Part shown: positions 26,449 through 35,561 of the stretch, one piece after another
How positions within the stretch are numbered: the stretch's first letter is position 1
Layout of the letters: each line of letters starts with the position of its first letter
NCBI GenBank assembly: GCA_963637505.1
Contig: CAVHNP010000001.1
Coordinates: 36,879-100,878, forward strand
Origin: Prevotella sp. CAG:279
GTDB lineage: Bacteria > Bacillota > Clostridia > Lachnospirales > Lachnospiraceae
Length of the DNA: 64,000 nucleotides
Direction: 5' to 3'
The notes under the pieces: model-generated
The model's input: the letters and a program-made list of their open reading frames with translations, nothing else
The model's database searches: none
What the model was told of the DNA's origin: nothing
Position numbers and translations under genes: made by a program

Positions 26449-27399
26449 ATGAAAGATCATTTCAATCGAAGGATTTCTTATCTTCGCATTTCAGTGACCG
26501 ACCTTTGCAATCTGCGCTGCCGTTACTGTATGCCGGAATGCGGTGTCGATAAAAAAGACCACGGGCAGATCCTTAGTCTGGAAGAGATTGCCGAGATTGC
26601 CGCAGCTTCCGCAAATCTCGGTGTAAAAAAGATCAGAATCACCGGGGGAGAGCCCCTGATCCGAAAGGGCATCTGCTCCCTGATCGAACAGATCTCTGCC
26701 ATTGAGGGGATCGAAGAGATTGCCTTAACAACAAACGGCCTTCTTTTAGAAGACATGGCAGAAAATCTTGCAAAAGCAGGCCTGCAAAGGGTAAATATTT
26801 CCCTGGATACTCTTCAGGCGAACAAGTTCCTGCAAATGGCAAGGGGCGGCTCCCTAGAGCAGGTCTTTCGGGGGATTCAGGCTGCAAGGAAAGCCGGTCT
26901 TAATCCCCTTAAGATCAATACGGTTCTGATCGGTGGCTTTAACGAGGAAGAGATCCCGGACTTTGTAAAACTGACAGAAGAAGAGGAGATTGAAGTACGC
27001 TTTATTGAACTGATGCCCTTAGGGCCGGCAGCTTCTTTTTCAGAAAGTGCCTTTTTGCCCTGTAAGAGCGTTCTGGAAAGGATTCCTGCTCTTCAGCCCT
27101 GTGGGAATTCCGGCGTTGCCAGCTTATACCGCCTGCCAAATGGAAAGGGAAGGGTCGGTCTGATCACGCCCATCAGCCATGATTTCTGTGAGCAGTGTGA
27201 CCGAATCCGACTGACCAGTGACGGCAAGATCAAGCCCTGCCTTCACTCTTCCGAAGAAATCCCCATTCGGGGTTTACATGGAAATGAGCTGGTCGACAAA
27301 CTGGCAGCTGCCATCGGCCAAAAGCCGCAGCAGCATCCAGATTTTGTTTCCGGACAGGCCAGTGCCGGCGGCCGGAGTATGAACCGGATAGGTGGTTGA
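26449..27399 (+). CDS. moaA: GTP 3',8-cyclase MoaA (radical SAM)
   Basis: Start at MKDHFNRR. It has the CNLRCRYC radical-SAM motif and a C-terminal cluster region (CEQCDRIRLTSDGKIKPC). Confidence 0.9.
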   Translation: MKDHFNRRISYLRISVTDLCNLRCRYCMPECGVDKKDHGQILSLEEIAEIAAASANLGVKKIRITGGEPLIRKGICSLIEQISAIEGIEEIALTTNGLLLEDMAENLAKAGLQRVNISLDTLQANKFLQMARGGSLEQVFRGIQAARKAGLNPLKINTVLIGGFNEEEIPDFVKLTEEEEIEVRFIELMPLGPAASFSESAFLPCKSVLERIPALQPCGNSGVASLYRLPNGKGRVGLITPISHDFCEQCDRIRLTSDGKIKPCLHSSEEIPIRGLHGNELVDKLAAAIGQKPQQHPDFVSGQASAGGRSMNRIGG

Positions 27400-27486
27400 C
27401 ATAATTATCATCATTGTTTCCTTGACACATTGAAAAAAAATAAAGCACATTTAGCTTTAAGCTATTTTTATACACAGAGGTGAAAG

Positions 27487-27993
27487 ATGAACTACACAGC
27501 AGCAGTACTTACCATCAGCGATAAGGGCAGCATCGGAGAAAGAGAAGATACCTCCGGTCCCGCTCTTTGCAAGATGCTGGAAGAAGCCGGCTATCAGATT
27601 GCCGAAAAAGATATTCTTCCGGATGACTATGATAAAATCCGTGAGAAACTGATCGAATTTACAGATCTAAAAGGCTACGCCCTCATTCTGACAACAGGCG
27701 GAACTGGTTTTTCCAAACGTGACGTCACACCGGAAGCCACTCTTTCCGTTCTGGAGAAGGAAGCCCGCGGTATCCCGGAGGCCATGCGCTATGCCTCCCT
27801 TCAGATCACGCCCAGAGCCTGCCTTTCCCGAGAGGTTGCCGGCATCAGGGGCGAAAGTCTGATCATCAACCTTCCCGGCAGTAAAAAGGCATCTACTGAA
27901 AATTTAGCAGCCGTTCTGGATTCCTTAGGACATGGTCTTGATGTCTTAAAAGGAAATACCCATGACTGCGGAGAGGAGCACCATCATGGCTAA
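27487..27993 (+). CDS. moaB: MogA/MoaB-family molybdenum cofactor biosynthesis protein
   Basis: 168 aa with the TTGGTGFSKRD motif. Confidence 0.85.
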   Translation: MNYTAAVLTISDKGSIGEREDTSGPALCKMLEEAGYQIAEKDILPDDYDKIREKLIEFTDLKGYALILTTGGTGFSKRDVTPEATLSVLEKEARGIPEAMRYASLQITPRACLSREVAGIRGESLIINLPGSKKASTENLAAVLDSLGHGLDVLKGNTHDCGEEHHHG

Positions 27994-28420
27994 GGTACTT
28001 GCAGTCTGTACAAGTGAGATCAAGGGCGTATTAAAAAAGCCGGTTGAGGAAGTTCATTTACTCCCCAATCACGGTATAGAAGGAGATGCCCATGCCGGAA
28101 ACTGGCACAGACAGGTCAGTCTTCTGGCCCAGGAAAGCGTTGATGTTATGCAGAAAAGCGGGATCAAGATTCAGCTTAAACCGGGAGATTTTGCGGAAAA
28201 TATCCTGACAGAAGGCATTGAGCTCAAAATTCTTCCCGTCGGAACAAAGCTGAAGGTCGGAAGCGCTCTCTGCGAAGTGACGCAGATCGGCAAGGAATGT
28301 CATAAGGACTGTGCTATCCGTCAGCAGGTGGGCGACTGTGTTATGCCCCGAGAGGGAATCTTTGTAAAGGTGCTGGAAGAAGGCTATGTTCATCCCGGCG
28401 ATGAGGTCTGTCCGCTCTAA
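27986..28420 (+). CDS. MOSC domain protein
   Basis: Start at MAKVLAV, with a GGAGAGGAG RBS; it overlaps the moaB stop. The sequence is MOSC-like (GDFAENILTEG..., conserved Cys). Confidence 0.75.
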   Translation: MAKVLAVCTSEIKGVLKKPVEEVHLLPNHGIEGDAHAGNWHRQVSLLAQESVDVMQKSGIKIQLKPGDFAENILTEGIELKILPVGTKLKVGSALCEVTQIGKECHKDCAIRQQVGDCVMPREGIFVKVLEEGYVHPGDEVCPL

Positions 28421-28439
28421 GGCATTTCCTGCCAACAAA

Positions 28440-28453
28440 GGCCGAGAATGATT
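28440..28453 (+). repeat. Remnant of the long-hairpin repeat (5' arm only)
   Basis: ggccgagaatgatt is an exact 14-mer match to the 5' arm of the repeat (the reverse complement of copy A). Nothing follows it. Confidence 0.45.
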
Positions 28454-28466
28454 AGTGTGTTCTAAC

Positions 28467-28496
28467 AAAAAAAGCTTGCATTTGCAAGCTTTTTTT
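28467..28496. terminator. Bidirectional terminator between the MOSC gene and mobAB
   Basis: aaaaaaagcttgca-tt-tgcaagcttttttt, a perfect stem flanked by an A-run and a T-run. Confidence 0.75.
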
Positions 28497-28694
28497 GTTA
28501 TGGTATTCCCAATTGAATTATTTACTCCGATCCTTTTGGCCTAAGGCAGAACTGCTTCTATGATCTCTGCTATGGTGACTGGGACGGGATTTCTGGAATC
28601 CCCGGGGTGGCAGAGGAAACTAAGCTGCCTTCCATTTATCGAAAAGGAGCAAAGAAAAAGCAGCCCCAGGTTGCTCTTTTATTCTGCATATTCA

Positions 28695-29747
28695 TCAGCA
28701 GAGAAAAAGATCGCAGATCAAATCTGCGCATTTTTCATACTCAGTAAGACTGTATTGCTTTGCATCTGTCTCGAGAACTTCATCCGTAAAAACAGCCAGA
28801 AGGCTATCGTCTGTATTGACGAGCGGTTTTTGGTTTGCCTTTCGATGAATCTCGATCTTCGGCAAATCCCCCATCTTGTATCCTTCCACAAGGATCAGGT
28901 CACAGGAGGGCATGGCAGCCCGCATCTGATTCAGATCATAGTTTCCTTTTCCATACATCGCCCACTTATTCGGGCCAATGATGCCGACCGATTCTACGCC
29001 GGCTTTCGCAAATTTCCAGGTATCCTTTCCCTCTTTATCCATTTCAAATCCATGTGCATCATGCTTTATGGCAGAAACCCTGTATCCTCTTTGTATGAGA
29101 AGGGGGATCAGCCTTTCCATGAAGGTTGTTTTACCGGATCCGGACCAGCCCATGATTGAGATCATAGGAGGGTAGCCTGCACGGGCTCTTTGAAGCTCCT
29201 CGATGGTATTGAGGTTGTCAAAAAGATGCTTTCTTGCAGGAGGAAGAGAAAAATAAGAGGTTTTCACCTGATCGAGCAAAGCTCGCATCCGGTTATTTCC
29301 GCTTTCCAACAGCTTTTTTGCTTCTGTCTGAATGCTTCTCTTATATACTCCGAACAAAGGCTCAATCCTGCCCTCATTTTTATAGACGGCAACATCGGCC
29401 TCCTCCGGTATCGGAAGAAGAAGACCTTCCATGAGATTCGGCATATCCACTGCACTTACATAGAGAACATCCGCATCGGTTTTCTCAAAAGCAGACAGAA
29501 TCCCTACCATAGGACCTTTCCCTTCGTAGAGATCCGAAACAGGCTCTGTATGCTCCGGCAGATCCGTAAAATGATTTTCCGGGCCTACCGAGATCAAGAC
29601 TTTGTCAACGATTCCTGTATTCTGCCAAAAAGAAACAGCTCTTTGAAGCATGGTGACTCCACCAAGCTTGATCATGGCTTTATCCATACCCATGCGGCTG
29701 GATTTTCCACCGGCCAGGATCAGGGCGTAAGTGTTCAATTTATTCAT
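28695..29747 (-). CDS. mobA: MobA-MobB fusion (Moco guanylyltransferase + MGD biosynthesis protein B)
   Basis: The N-terminus is LILAGGKSSRMG (MobA). The C-terminal half has a P-loop GWSGSGKTT and AIKHDAHGF (MobB). Confidence 0.8.
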   Translation of the reverse strand: MNKLNTYALILAGGKSSRMGMDKAMIKLGGVTMLQRAVSFWQNTGIVDKVLISVGPENHFTDLPEHTEPVSDLYEGKGPMVGILSAFEKTDADVLYVSAVDMPNLMEGLLLPIPEEADVAVYKNEGRIEPLFGVYKRSIQTEAKKLLESGNNRMRALLDQVKTSYFSLPPARKHLFDNLNTIEELQRARAGYPPMISIMGWSGSGKTTFMERLIPLLIQRGYRVSAIKHDAHGFEMDKEGKDTWKFAKAGVESVGIIGPNKWAMYGKGNYDLNQMRAAMPSCDLILVEGYKMGDLPKIEIHRKANQKPLVNTDDSLLAVFTDEVLETDAKQYSLTEYEKCADLICDLFLC

Positions 29748-29839
29748 AAGTAACCTCCATCGTTTCTCTCATTATAGAGGTCTTGCCATGTGCAGACAAG
29801 GATGGACGTCACACTTTGTTATGAAAAAGGAGACTAGAA

Positions 29840-30787
29840 ATGAAAAAGAAAATTATCGCAGGTTTATTAACAGCTGCTATGGCACTCAGCCTGACAGCAT
29901 GCGGTGCTTCCAGCACAACTGAGACAACAGCATCCGCTGACGCTTCTTCTAACGCAGCAGTTGAAACAGCAGACGCTTCCGCAGATGCTTCTGCTGATGC
30001 ATCAGGATCTGCTACAGAGCTTGAAGATGCAACAATCTACATCGATATCGCAGCTTCTCTTGAGGAAGTATTCAAGAATGAGATCATTCCGGAATATGAG
30101 TCCAAGCACCCGAACATCAAGATCGAATACAACACAGGTTCTTCAGGAACACTTCTTCAGGGAATTGAAGAAGCAAACGGCAGCGGACATGACCTTTTCT
30201 TCTCAGCAGGAAAGGCTCAGGTTACAACACTTGACGAGACAGACCACATGGTTAAGGAAGGTTCTATCGTAAACCTTGTTTCCAACGAGCTTTGCCTGGT
30301 TAAGGGTAACGATGTTGAGACAGCTGTAACAGGATGGGATAACATCAGCGATGCTAAGACTGCAGCAATCTGCGCAGGCAGCGTACCGGTTGGTAAATAT
30401 ACAAGAATCGCTCTGATCAAGCTTGGCCTTCTGGACGAGTCCGATGATCCGGCAAGCTACACATCTGATGATATTTCCAAGGCTCTCGGCGGTGTAAGCA
30501 TCGACGAAGCAGATGACGTAGAAGTAGCAGCAGCAAAGGCTGCAGAAGGTTCTGTAGAGATCGCTACCATCTACTACTCTGATTACTACAATCACCAGAA
30601 CGATCTGACCATCATCGCTCAGGATGACGGAACACTGACAGGCGACATTGTATATCCGATGTGCCTCGTTGAGAACCCGGATGCTGATGATGCAGAGATC
30701 GCAGCAGCAGCTGACTTCGCTTCCTTCCTTCAGACAGACTTCTGCCTGAACGCTTACGAAGCATACGATTTCATCGTAAATAAATAA
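29840..30787 (+). CDS. modA: Molybdate ABC transporter substrate-binding lipoprotein ModA
   Basis: Lipobox LTAC, an (ADAS)n linker, and a ModA-like core (AASLEEVF..., NTGSSGTLLQGIE..., DLFFSAG). Confidence 0.8.
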   Translation: MKKKIIAGLLTAAMALSLTACGASSTTETTASADASSNAAVETADASADASADASGSATELEDATIYIDIAASLEEVFKNEIIPEYESKHPNIKIEYNTGSSGTLLQGIEEANGSGHDLFFSAGKAQVTTLDETDHMVKEGSIVNLVSNELCLVKGNDVETAVTGWDNISDAKTAAICAGSVPVGKYTRIALIKLGLLDESDDPASYTSDDISKALGGVSIDEADDVEVAAAKAAEGSVEIATIYYSDYYNHQNDLTIIAQDDGTLTGDIVYPMCLVENPDADDAEIAAAADFASFLQTDFCLNAYEAYDFIVNK

Positions 30788-30834
30788 TTAAAAAACAAAG
30801 CAGAGCTATCCGGCTCATTGCTTCTGTCAAAGCG

Positions 30835-30864
30835 AGGGATCCTTTTAAAGGATCCCTTGTTTTT
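30835..30864 (+). terminator. Intra-operon hairpin/terminator between modA and modB
   Basis: agggatcc-ttttaaa-ggatccct followed by tgttttt. Confidence 0.6.
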
Positions 30865-30953
30865 CACCTAACAGGAGAGTTTATCCCTTTCCTATTCGGT
30901 GAAAAGCACAGAGATGCGCAAAATTAACAGATTTACAAGAAAAAGGAGAAGCC

Positions 30954-31652
30954 ATGATTAAATTTTTTGAATTGGCCTCAAAGTTCGACTGGACTCCCTT
31001 TTGGATCTCCCTGAAAACAGGTATCGTTGCAACGATCATCTGCTTTTTCCTCGGACTTTGGACAGCCAGAAAAGTACTCAAACTCGGACCAAAAAGCAGA
31101 GCCGTTGTCGACAGTATTCTTACCCTGCCGATGGTTATGGCACCTACCGTTTCCGGTTTCTTCCTTCTTTTATTGTTTTCTTTAAGAAGACCCCTCGGCA
31201 GCTTCTTGTACAATGAACTCAATATTCAGGTCGTTCAGACCTGGCTGGGCTGTATTATTGCAGCTTCTATGATTTCCTTCCCTTTGATGTACAGAAATGC
31301 CCGTTCTTCCTTCGAGATGGTCAATCCTGACCTGATCTATGCCGCAAGAACCCTGGGTATGTCCGAAACAAAAATCTTCTGGAAGGTCACTCTTCCGGCT
31401 GCCGGTCCCGGCATTGCTTCCGGAACCGTTCTGACTTTTGCAAGAGCCCTGGGAGAGTATGGTGCAACCTCCATGCTCGCAGGAAATATCGCCGGTAAAA
31501 CCGGTACGATTTCCCAGAGAATCGCGAATGTCATCAAGGACGGAGATTATGCAACCGCAGGTGTCTGGGTTATCATCATGCTGGTAATCGCTACCGCGAT
31601 CATGATCGTGATCAACCTGCTTTCCGGCCGTAAGAACAAGAGGAGGTGGTAA
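30954..31652 (+). CDS. modB: Molybdate ABC transporter permease ModB
   Basis: 232-aa membrane protein with an EAA-like loop (AARTLGMSETKIFWKVTLP). Confidence 0.85.
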   Translation: MIKFFELASKFDWTPFWISLKTGIVATIICFFLGLWTARKVLKLGPKSRAVVDSILTLPMVMAPTVSGFFLLLLFSLRRPLGSFLYNELNIQVVQTWLGCIIAASMISFPLMYRNARSSFEMVNPDLIYAARTLGMSETKIFWKVTLPAAGPGIASGTVLTFARALGEYGATSMLAGNIAGKTGTISQRIANVIKDGDYATAGVWVIIMLVIATAIMIVINLLSGRKNKRRW

Positions 31653-31654
31653 GA

Positions 31655-32713
31655 ATGTCCTTATACGTTAATATCAAAAGACACATCGGATCCTTTTCCC
31701 TGGATGTTTGTTTTGAAGCAGAAGATGATACCTTATCCCTTCTGGGTGATTCCGGCTGCGGAAAATCCATGACTCTTCGCTGTATCGCGGGAATCGATAC
31801 CCCGGATGAGGGCAAGATCGTGATCAACGCCAAGACCGTTTTTGATTCCGTGAAGAAGATCAATCTCAAGCCCCAGGAAAGAAGAGTCGGCTATCTTTTC
31901 CAGGATTATGCCCTTTTCCCGAATATGACCGTAGAAGAAAATATCATCGCCGGTATGGAAAGGGATAAAAAGCATTCCAAAGAAGAAAAAAGAAAGCTGG
32001 CTGCAGAATATGTTGAGAAGCTGCAGCTGACCGGTCTTTCCAAGCAGTACCCGGATCAGCTCTCCGGCGGACAGAAGCAGCGCTGTGCCCTGGCCAGGAT
32101 CCTTGCCTCCGATCCCGATATCATCCTGCTGGATGAGCCCTTTTCTGCCCTTGATGCAGCCCTTCGCTGGGATATGGAACAGGTCGTAAGAGATACTATC
32201 CGCAAGTTCAAAGGCAGTTCTGTTTTGGTTTCTCATGACCGGGATGAGGTTTACCGCCTCAGCGACAAAATCGCCGTTTATAACAAGGGAAGAATTGACA
32301 CCTTTGATGATAAATGGACCCTCTTCGAGCATCCAGGCACCATGACGACAGCCCGTCTTACCGGCTGTAAGAACCTGTCTCCGGCTCACAGAGAGGGAGA
32401 CCGGATCCTTGCAGATGACTGGCAGATCAGCTTTCCCTGTGATAAGGAAGGGGACTGGGATTACCTGGGTATCCGGGCTCATAGATTTATGCCGGCCCAG
32501 GAAGGAGAAGCTTACAGCTTTCCTTATGAAGTGGTCAATAAGATCGAAGATACCTTTTCCTATATTTTCCAGATCCGAAAGGCCGACGCAGCAGATGCAA
32601 AGCCCCTTCGCTGGGAAACCGAAAAGGAGCTCGGCGCTAGCGTGGCAGACCGGGGTTACCTTAAAATCGATCCCTCCGAGCTTCTGCTTTTAAAAGAAAA
32701 ATCAGGAAACTAA
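31655..32713 (+). CDS. modC: Molybdate ABC transporter ATP-binding protein ModC
   Basis: ATG 31655 sits 8 nt after an AGGAGG. Motifs are Walker A GDSGCGKS, LSGGQKQR and ILLDEP. A C-terminal regulatory (TOBE-like) extension is present. Confidence 0.85.
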   Translation: MSLYVNIKRHIGSFSLDVCFEAEDDTLSLLGDSGCGKSMTLRCIAGIDTPDEGKIVINAKTVFDSVKKINLKPQERRVGYLFQDYALFPNMTVEENIIAGMERDKKHSKEEKRKLAAEYVEKLQLTGLSKQYPDQLSGGQKQRCALARILASDPDIILLDEPFSALDAALRWDMEQVVRDTIRKFKGSSVLVSHDRDEVYRLSDKIAVYNKGRIDTFDDKWTLFEHPGTMTTARLTGCKNLSPAHREGDRILADDWQISFPCDKEGDWDYLGIRAHRFMPAQEGEAYSFPYEVVNKIEDTFSYIFQIRKADAADAKPLRWETEKELGASVADRGYLKIDPSELLLLKEKSGN

Positions 32714-32789
32714 AGCATTCGGATTTTCCTTGCTTTGCTCCTAAAAAAAAGTATAAATGGGAAAATCTGCCTACTTTACGAAAGAATCC

Positions 32790-32818
32790 TTGACCAATAA
32801 AAAAATGCACTTTATACT
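32790..32818 (+). promoter_or_regulatory. Sigma-70-type promoter (-35 TTGACC, 17 nt, -10 TATACT)
   Basis: Counted directly. It is followed by a ~100-nt leader with two hairpins (32833-32852, 32871-32893). Confidence 0.5.
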
Positions 32819-32917
32819 TTTACAATTAGAGAATGCAAACTTTGCTTTGCATCCATGTAGTAAAAAGGTTTCTGCCGGCAAAAGAGCGGCAGAAGAGTAT
32901 AAAAGGTAAGGAGAAAA

Positions 32918-33484
32918 ATGAGCGACGCAGATCAATTGTCTACGGTAAGAGAAACGATTACAAAGGGAATGGAAGCCATTCTGACCCTAGGAGAAGAGGC
33001 AAAATTTATTTATGAAAAGGATATTCAGTCCCTTCCGGAATTAGAAGAGCAGATGGAAGATGTGGTAAAAAGAATGCTGCCGGATCTGATTGCTTTTTAT
33101 CAGTCCAATGGCTTAGGCATCGGCCTTTTATCCATGTCCTACGGCACCTGGTGTGCCTATGCGGGAATCGGTGCAGCCTATCTTTGGAGAGAAGCACCGG
33201 AAGAGATCCGTGAGATCAACATTTATGATGCCATCACCCAGCCCGCCGGGATCGATGCCGTAGATGAATATGTTCTTGATATGATGGGCATCCAGCTCCA
33301 GTCAGATGAGATGCAGGAACTGAATGATCATTTGATGAATGGCTATTCTGCCGTCAGTACGATCGTAGTGGAAAACAGCTCGGGAGACCGAAATCTGGAC
33401 ATGTATACGGCAGGTGCCGTCATGTACCGATACGGCATAGAAATCGGTCTCACAAGGCAAGATGAGGGCTACTTACCGAGATAG
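32918..33484 (+). CDS. Hypothetical protein (188 aa, no family recognised)
   Basis: Good RBS (AAGGTAAGGAG). It is acidic with one hydrophobic central segment. Its 3' end overlaps the convergent SDR gene by 16 nt. Confidence 0.55.
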   Translation: MSDADQLSTVRETITKGMEAILTLGEEAKFIYEKDIQSLPELEEQMEDVVKRMLPDLIAFYQSNGLGIGLLSMSYGTWCAYAGIGAAYLWREAPEEIREINIYDAITQPAGIDAVDEYVLDMMGIQLQSDEMQELNDHLMNGYSAVSTIVVENSSGDRNLDMYTAGAVMYRYGIEIGLTRQDEGYLPR

Positions 33485-34233
33485 CCTCCGTCCACCGGGA
33501 TGATCGCCCCTGATATATAGTCGCTGGCGGAAGAAGAAAGGAAGATCACAATACCGGCAAGATCTTCTGCTTTTCCCCAGCGCTTTGCCGGAATCCGGTT
33601 GCAAACTTCTTCGTATTGCGCCGGATTTTTTTCTTTCAGATCAGAGGTAAGTTCCGTTTCCATATAGCCGGGCGCAATGGCATTCACGGTGACACCGTAT
33701 TCTGCCCATTCATTGGAAAGTGCCTTTGTCAGCTGCATGATTCCTCCCTTACTCGCCGTATAAGCCGGGATCAGCTGGCTTCCGAAAAAGGAAGTCATAG
33801 AGGCAATGTTAATGATCTTTCCGGTTCTTTGTTTGATCATGACTTTTGCAGCCAGCTGAGCCATAAAAAAGCTGGAGCTGAGATTCAGATTCAGGATGGA
33901 AGACCACGCTTCTTCCGGAAAGTCTATCGCCGGGCAGCGGTATTGAATGCCGGCGCAATTCACCAGAACATCCAGTCTTCCTCCCAATAGAGCAAGCGCC
34001 TCAGAAAAGGCCTCTGTAAGTGCCTCCTTCTCGGCCAGATCCACCGCCACATAATAAAGGGGAGCGGTATGATCCTCTAATTCGGCTACGCATTCCTGCA
34101 GCCGCTTTTCATTTCTTGCAATGATAACAAGGCTGGCACCTCCTTCGTGAAGTGCCTTTGCCATTCCGAAACCTAAGCCCTTTGAGCCCCCGGTTATGAT
34201 GATCTTTTTCCCTTTCACGCTGAAATCTGTCAT
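33469..34233 (-). CDS. SDR-family oxidoreductase (KduD / gluconate-5-dehydrogenase-like)
   Basis: TGGSKGLG cofactor motif and a YTASKGG catalytic motif. Confidence 0.85.
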   Translation of the reverse strand: MTDFSVKGKKIIITGGSKGLGFGMAKALHEGGASLVIIARNEKRLQECVAELEDHTAPLYYVAVDLAEKEALTEAFSEALALLGGRLDVLVNCAGIQYRCPAIDFPEEAWSSILNLNLSSSFFMAQLAAKVMIKQRTGKIINIASMTSFFGSQLIPAYTASKGGIMQLTKALSNEWAEYGVTVNAIAPGYMETELTSDLKEKNPAQYEEVCNRIPAKRWGKAEDLAGIVIFLSSSASDYISGAIIPVDGGYLGK

Positions 34234-34247
34234 AGGATTCCTCTTTC

Positions 34248-35561
34248 TTATTCTTCTTCACACAGTTCGAAGAGAACCTGATCCGCAACCTCTAAGGTGC
34301 GCCTGATGTCTTCGTCTGTCATGGCAGTAGAAAGATATTCCCTGCCCCGCCTGTCTGTAAAGCGTACTCCATATTCCTCTGCTTTTGCAATAAATTTTTC
34401 ATACATGGGAATATCCGCCAGGCTGAGCCATTCCCTGAAATCCGCAGGATCCTCCTCAAAACCGAAGAATAAAATAAAGACGCTGCCAACATGTCGAATA
34501 TACATTTTTATCTGATATTTGCCTGCTAATTTTCGGAAGCCATCTTCCAGCATCAGAGCATGGCGCTCAATATCTTCATAAACGCCGGGCTCTGACAAGG
34601 CCTCGATCGTTGCCAGAGCAGCTGCTGTTCCGATGGGATTTCCGTTGAAGGTGCCGGAGGCATGAATTCCGCATTCCATAATTTCCTTTTTTCCGACAAC
34701 GGCGCCAAAGGGATATCCGTTTGCAATCGCCTTTGCAAAGGTGGAAAGATCCGGCGTTACTCCATAATATTGCTGGGCACCTCCAAGGGAAAGACGGAAG
34801 CCGGTAATGACCTCATCGAAGATCAGAAGCACCCCATATTCCTTGGTCAGCTCCCTTACCCTTTCCAGATAGCCCTCCTTGGGCAGGATCGGACCGGAGT
34901 CACACATCAGAGGCTCCATGATGACAGCGGCAATGTCATCCTCTTCTTTTAATGTTTTTTCCAGAAGCTCCGCATCATTCCAGGGCAGAACGATCAGATC
35001 ATCGGCAGAAGAGAGGCGCTGTCCTTTTGTATGAATGATCTTATTGGGATGTTCCCGGTCACCCAGTTCTTCCACATTTTTGGCATCTATACTGATTTTT
35101 TCCTCATCTGACCAGCCATGATACTGACCTTCGAATTTAATGATCTTATATTTACCCGTATAGGCTCTGGCCAGGCGAAGGGCATACATCACAACCTCTG
35201 TTCCGGAATTCTGAAAGCTGACCGCCTCCGCAGAAGGAATGATCTCTGTCAGTTTTTTTGCCAGCTGTCCCAGCTCCGGATTCGGTGCACTAAAATGTGT
35301 TCCCTTTTTCAGCTGTGCCTCCACTGCCTGATCTACCTTTTCATTACAGTAGCCCAGGAGCATAGGGCCAAAGCCCAAAACATAGTCAATATATTCATTC
35401 CCGTCCAGGTCATAAAGGTGGGCATCCTTTCCATGCGTCATGGCAATAGGATAGGGGCTGTAGGAATTAATATGAAAATAGCTTCCGACGCCGTCTACAA
35501 GGTATTTGCTGTTTTCTTCATATAATTTTTTCGATTTTTCGGTAGCATACTTTTTCAGCAT
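34248..35561 (-). CDS. Class III (PLP) aminotransferase, glutamate-1-semialdehyde aminomutase-like
   Basis: 437 aa with LIFDEVITGFR and STFAKAIANG (PLP-Lys) motifs. Confidence 0.8.
   Translation of the reverse strand: MLKKYATEKSKKLYEENSKYLVDGVGSYFHINSYSPYPIAMTHGKDAHLYDLDGNEYIDYVLGFGPMLLGYCNEKVDQAVEAQLKKGTHFSAPNPELGQLAKKLTEIIPSAEAVSFQNSGTEVVMYALRLARAYTGKYKIIKFEGQYHGWSDEEKISIDAKNVEELGDREHPNKIIHTKGQRLSSADDLIVLPWNDAELLEKTLKEEDDIAAVIMEPLMCDSGPILPKEGYLERVRELTKEYGVLLIFDEVITGFRLSLGGAQQYYGVTPDLSTFAKAIANGYPFGAVVGKKEIMECGIHASGTFNGNPIGTAAALATIEALSEPGVYEDIERHALMLEDGFRKLAGKYQIKMYIRHVGSVFILFFGFEEDPADFREWLSLADIPMYEKFIAKAEEYGVRFTDRRGREYLSTAMTDEDIRRTLEVADQVLFELCEEE

Noticed and set aside
28560-29159. 199-aa plus-strand ORF overlapping the mobA-mobB 3' half.
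   Set aside because: It is antisense to a gene with clear MobB motifs, has no RBS, and starts in a non-coding spacer.
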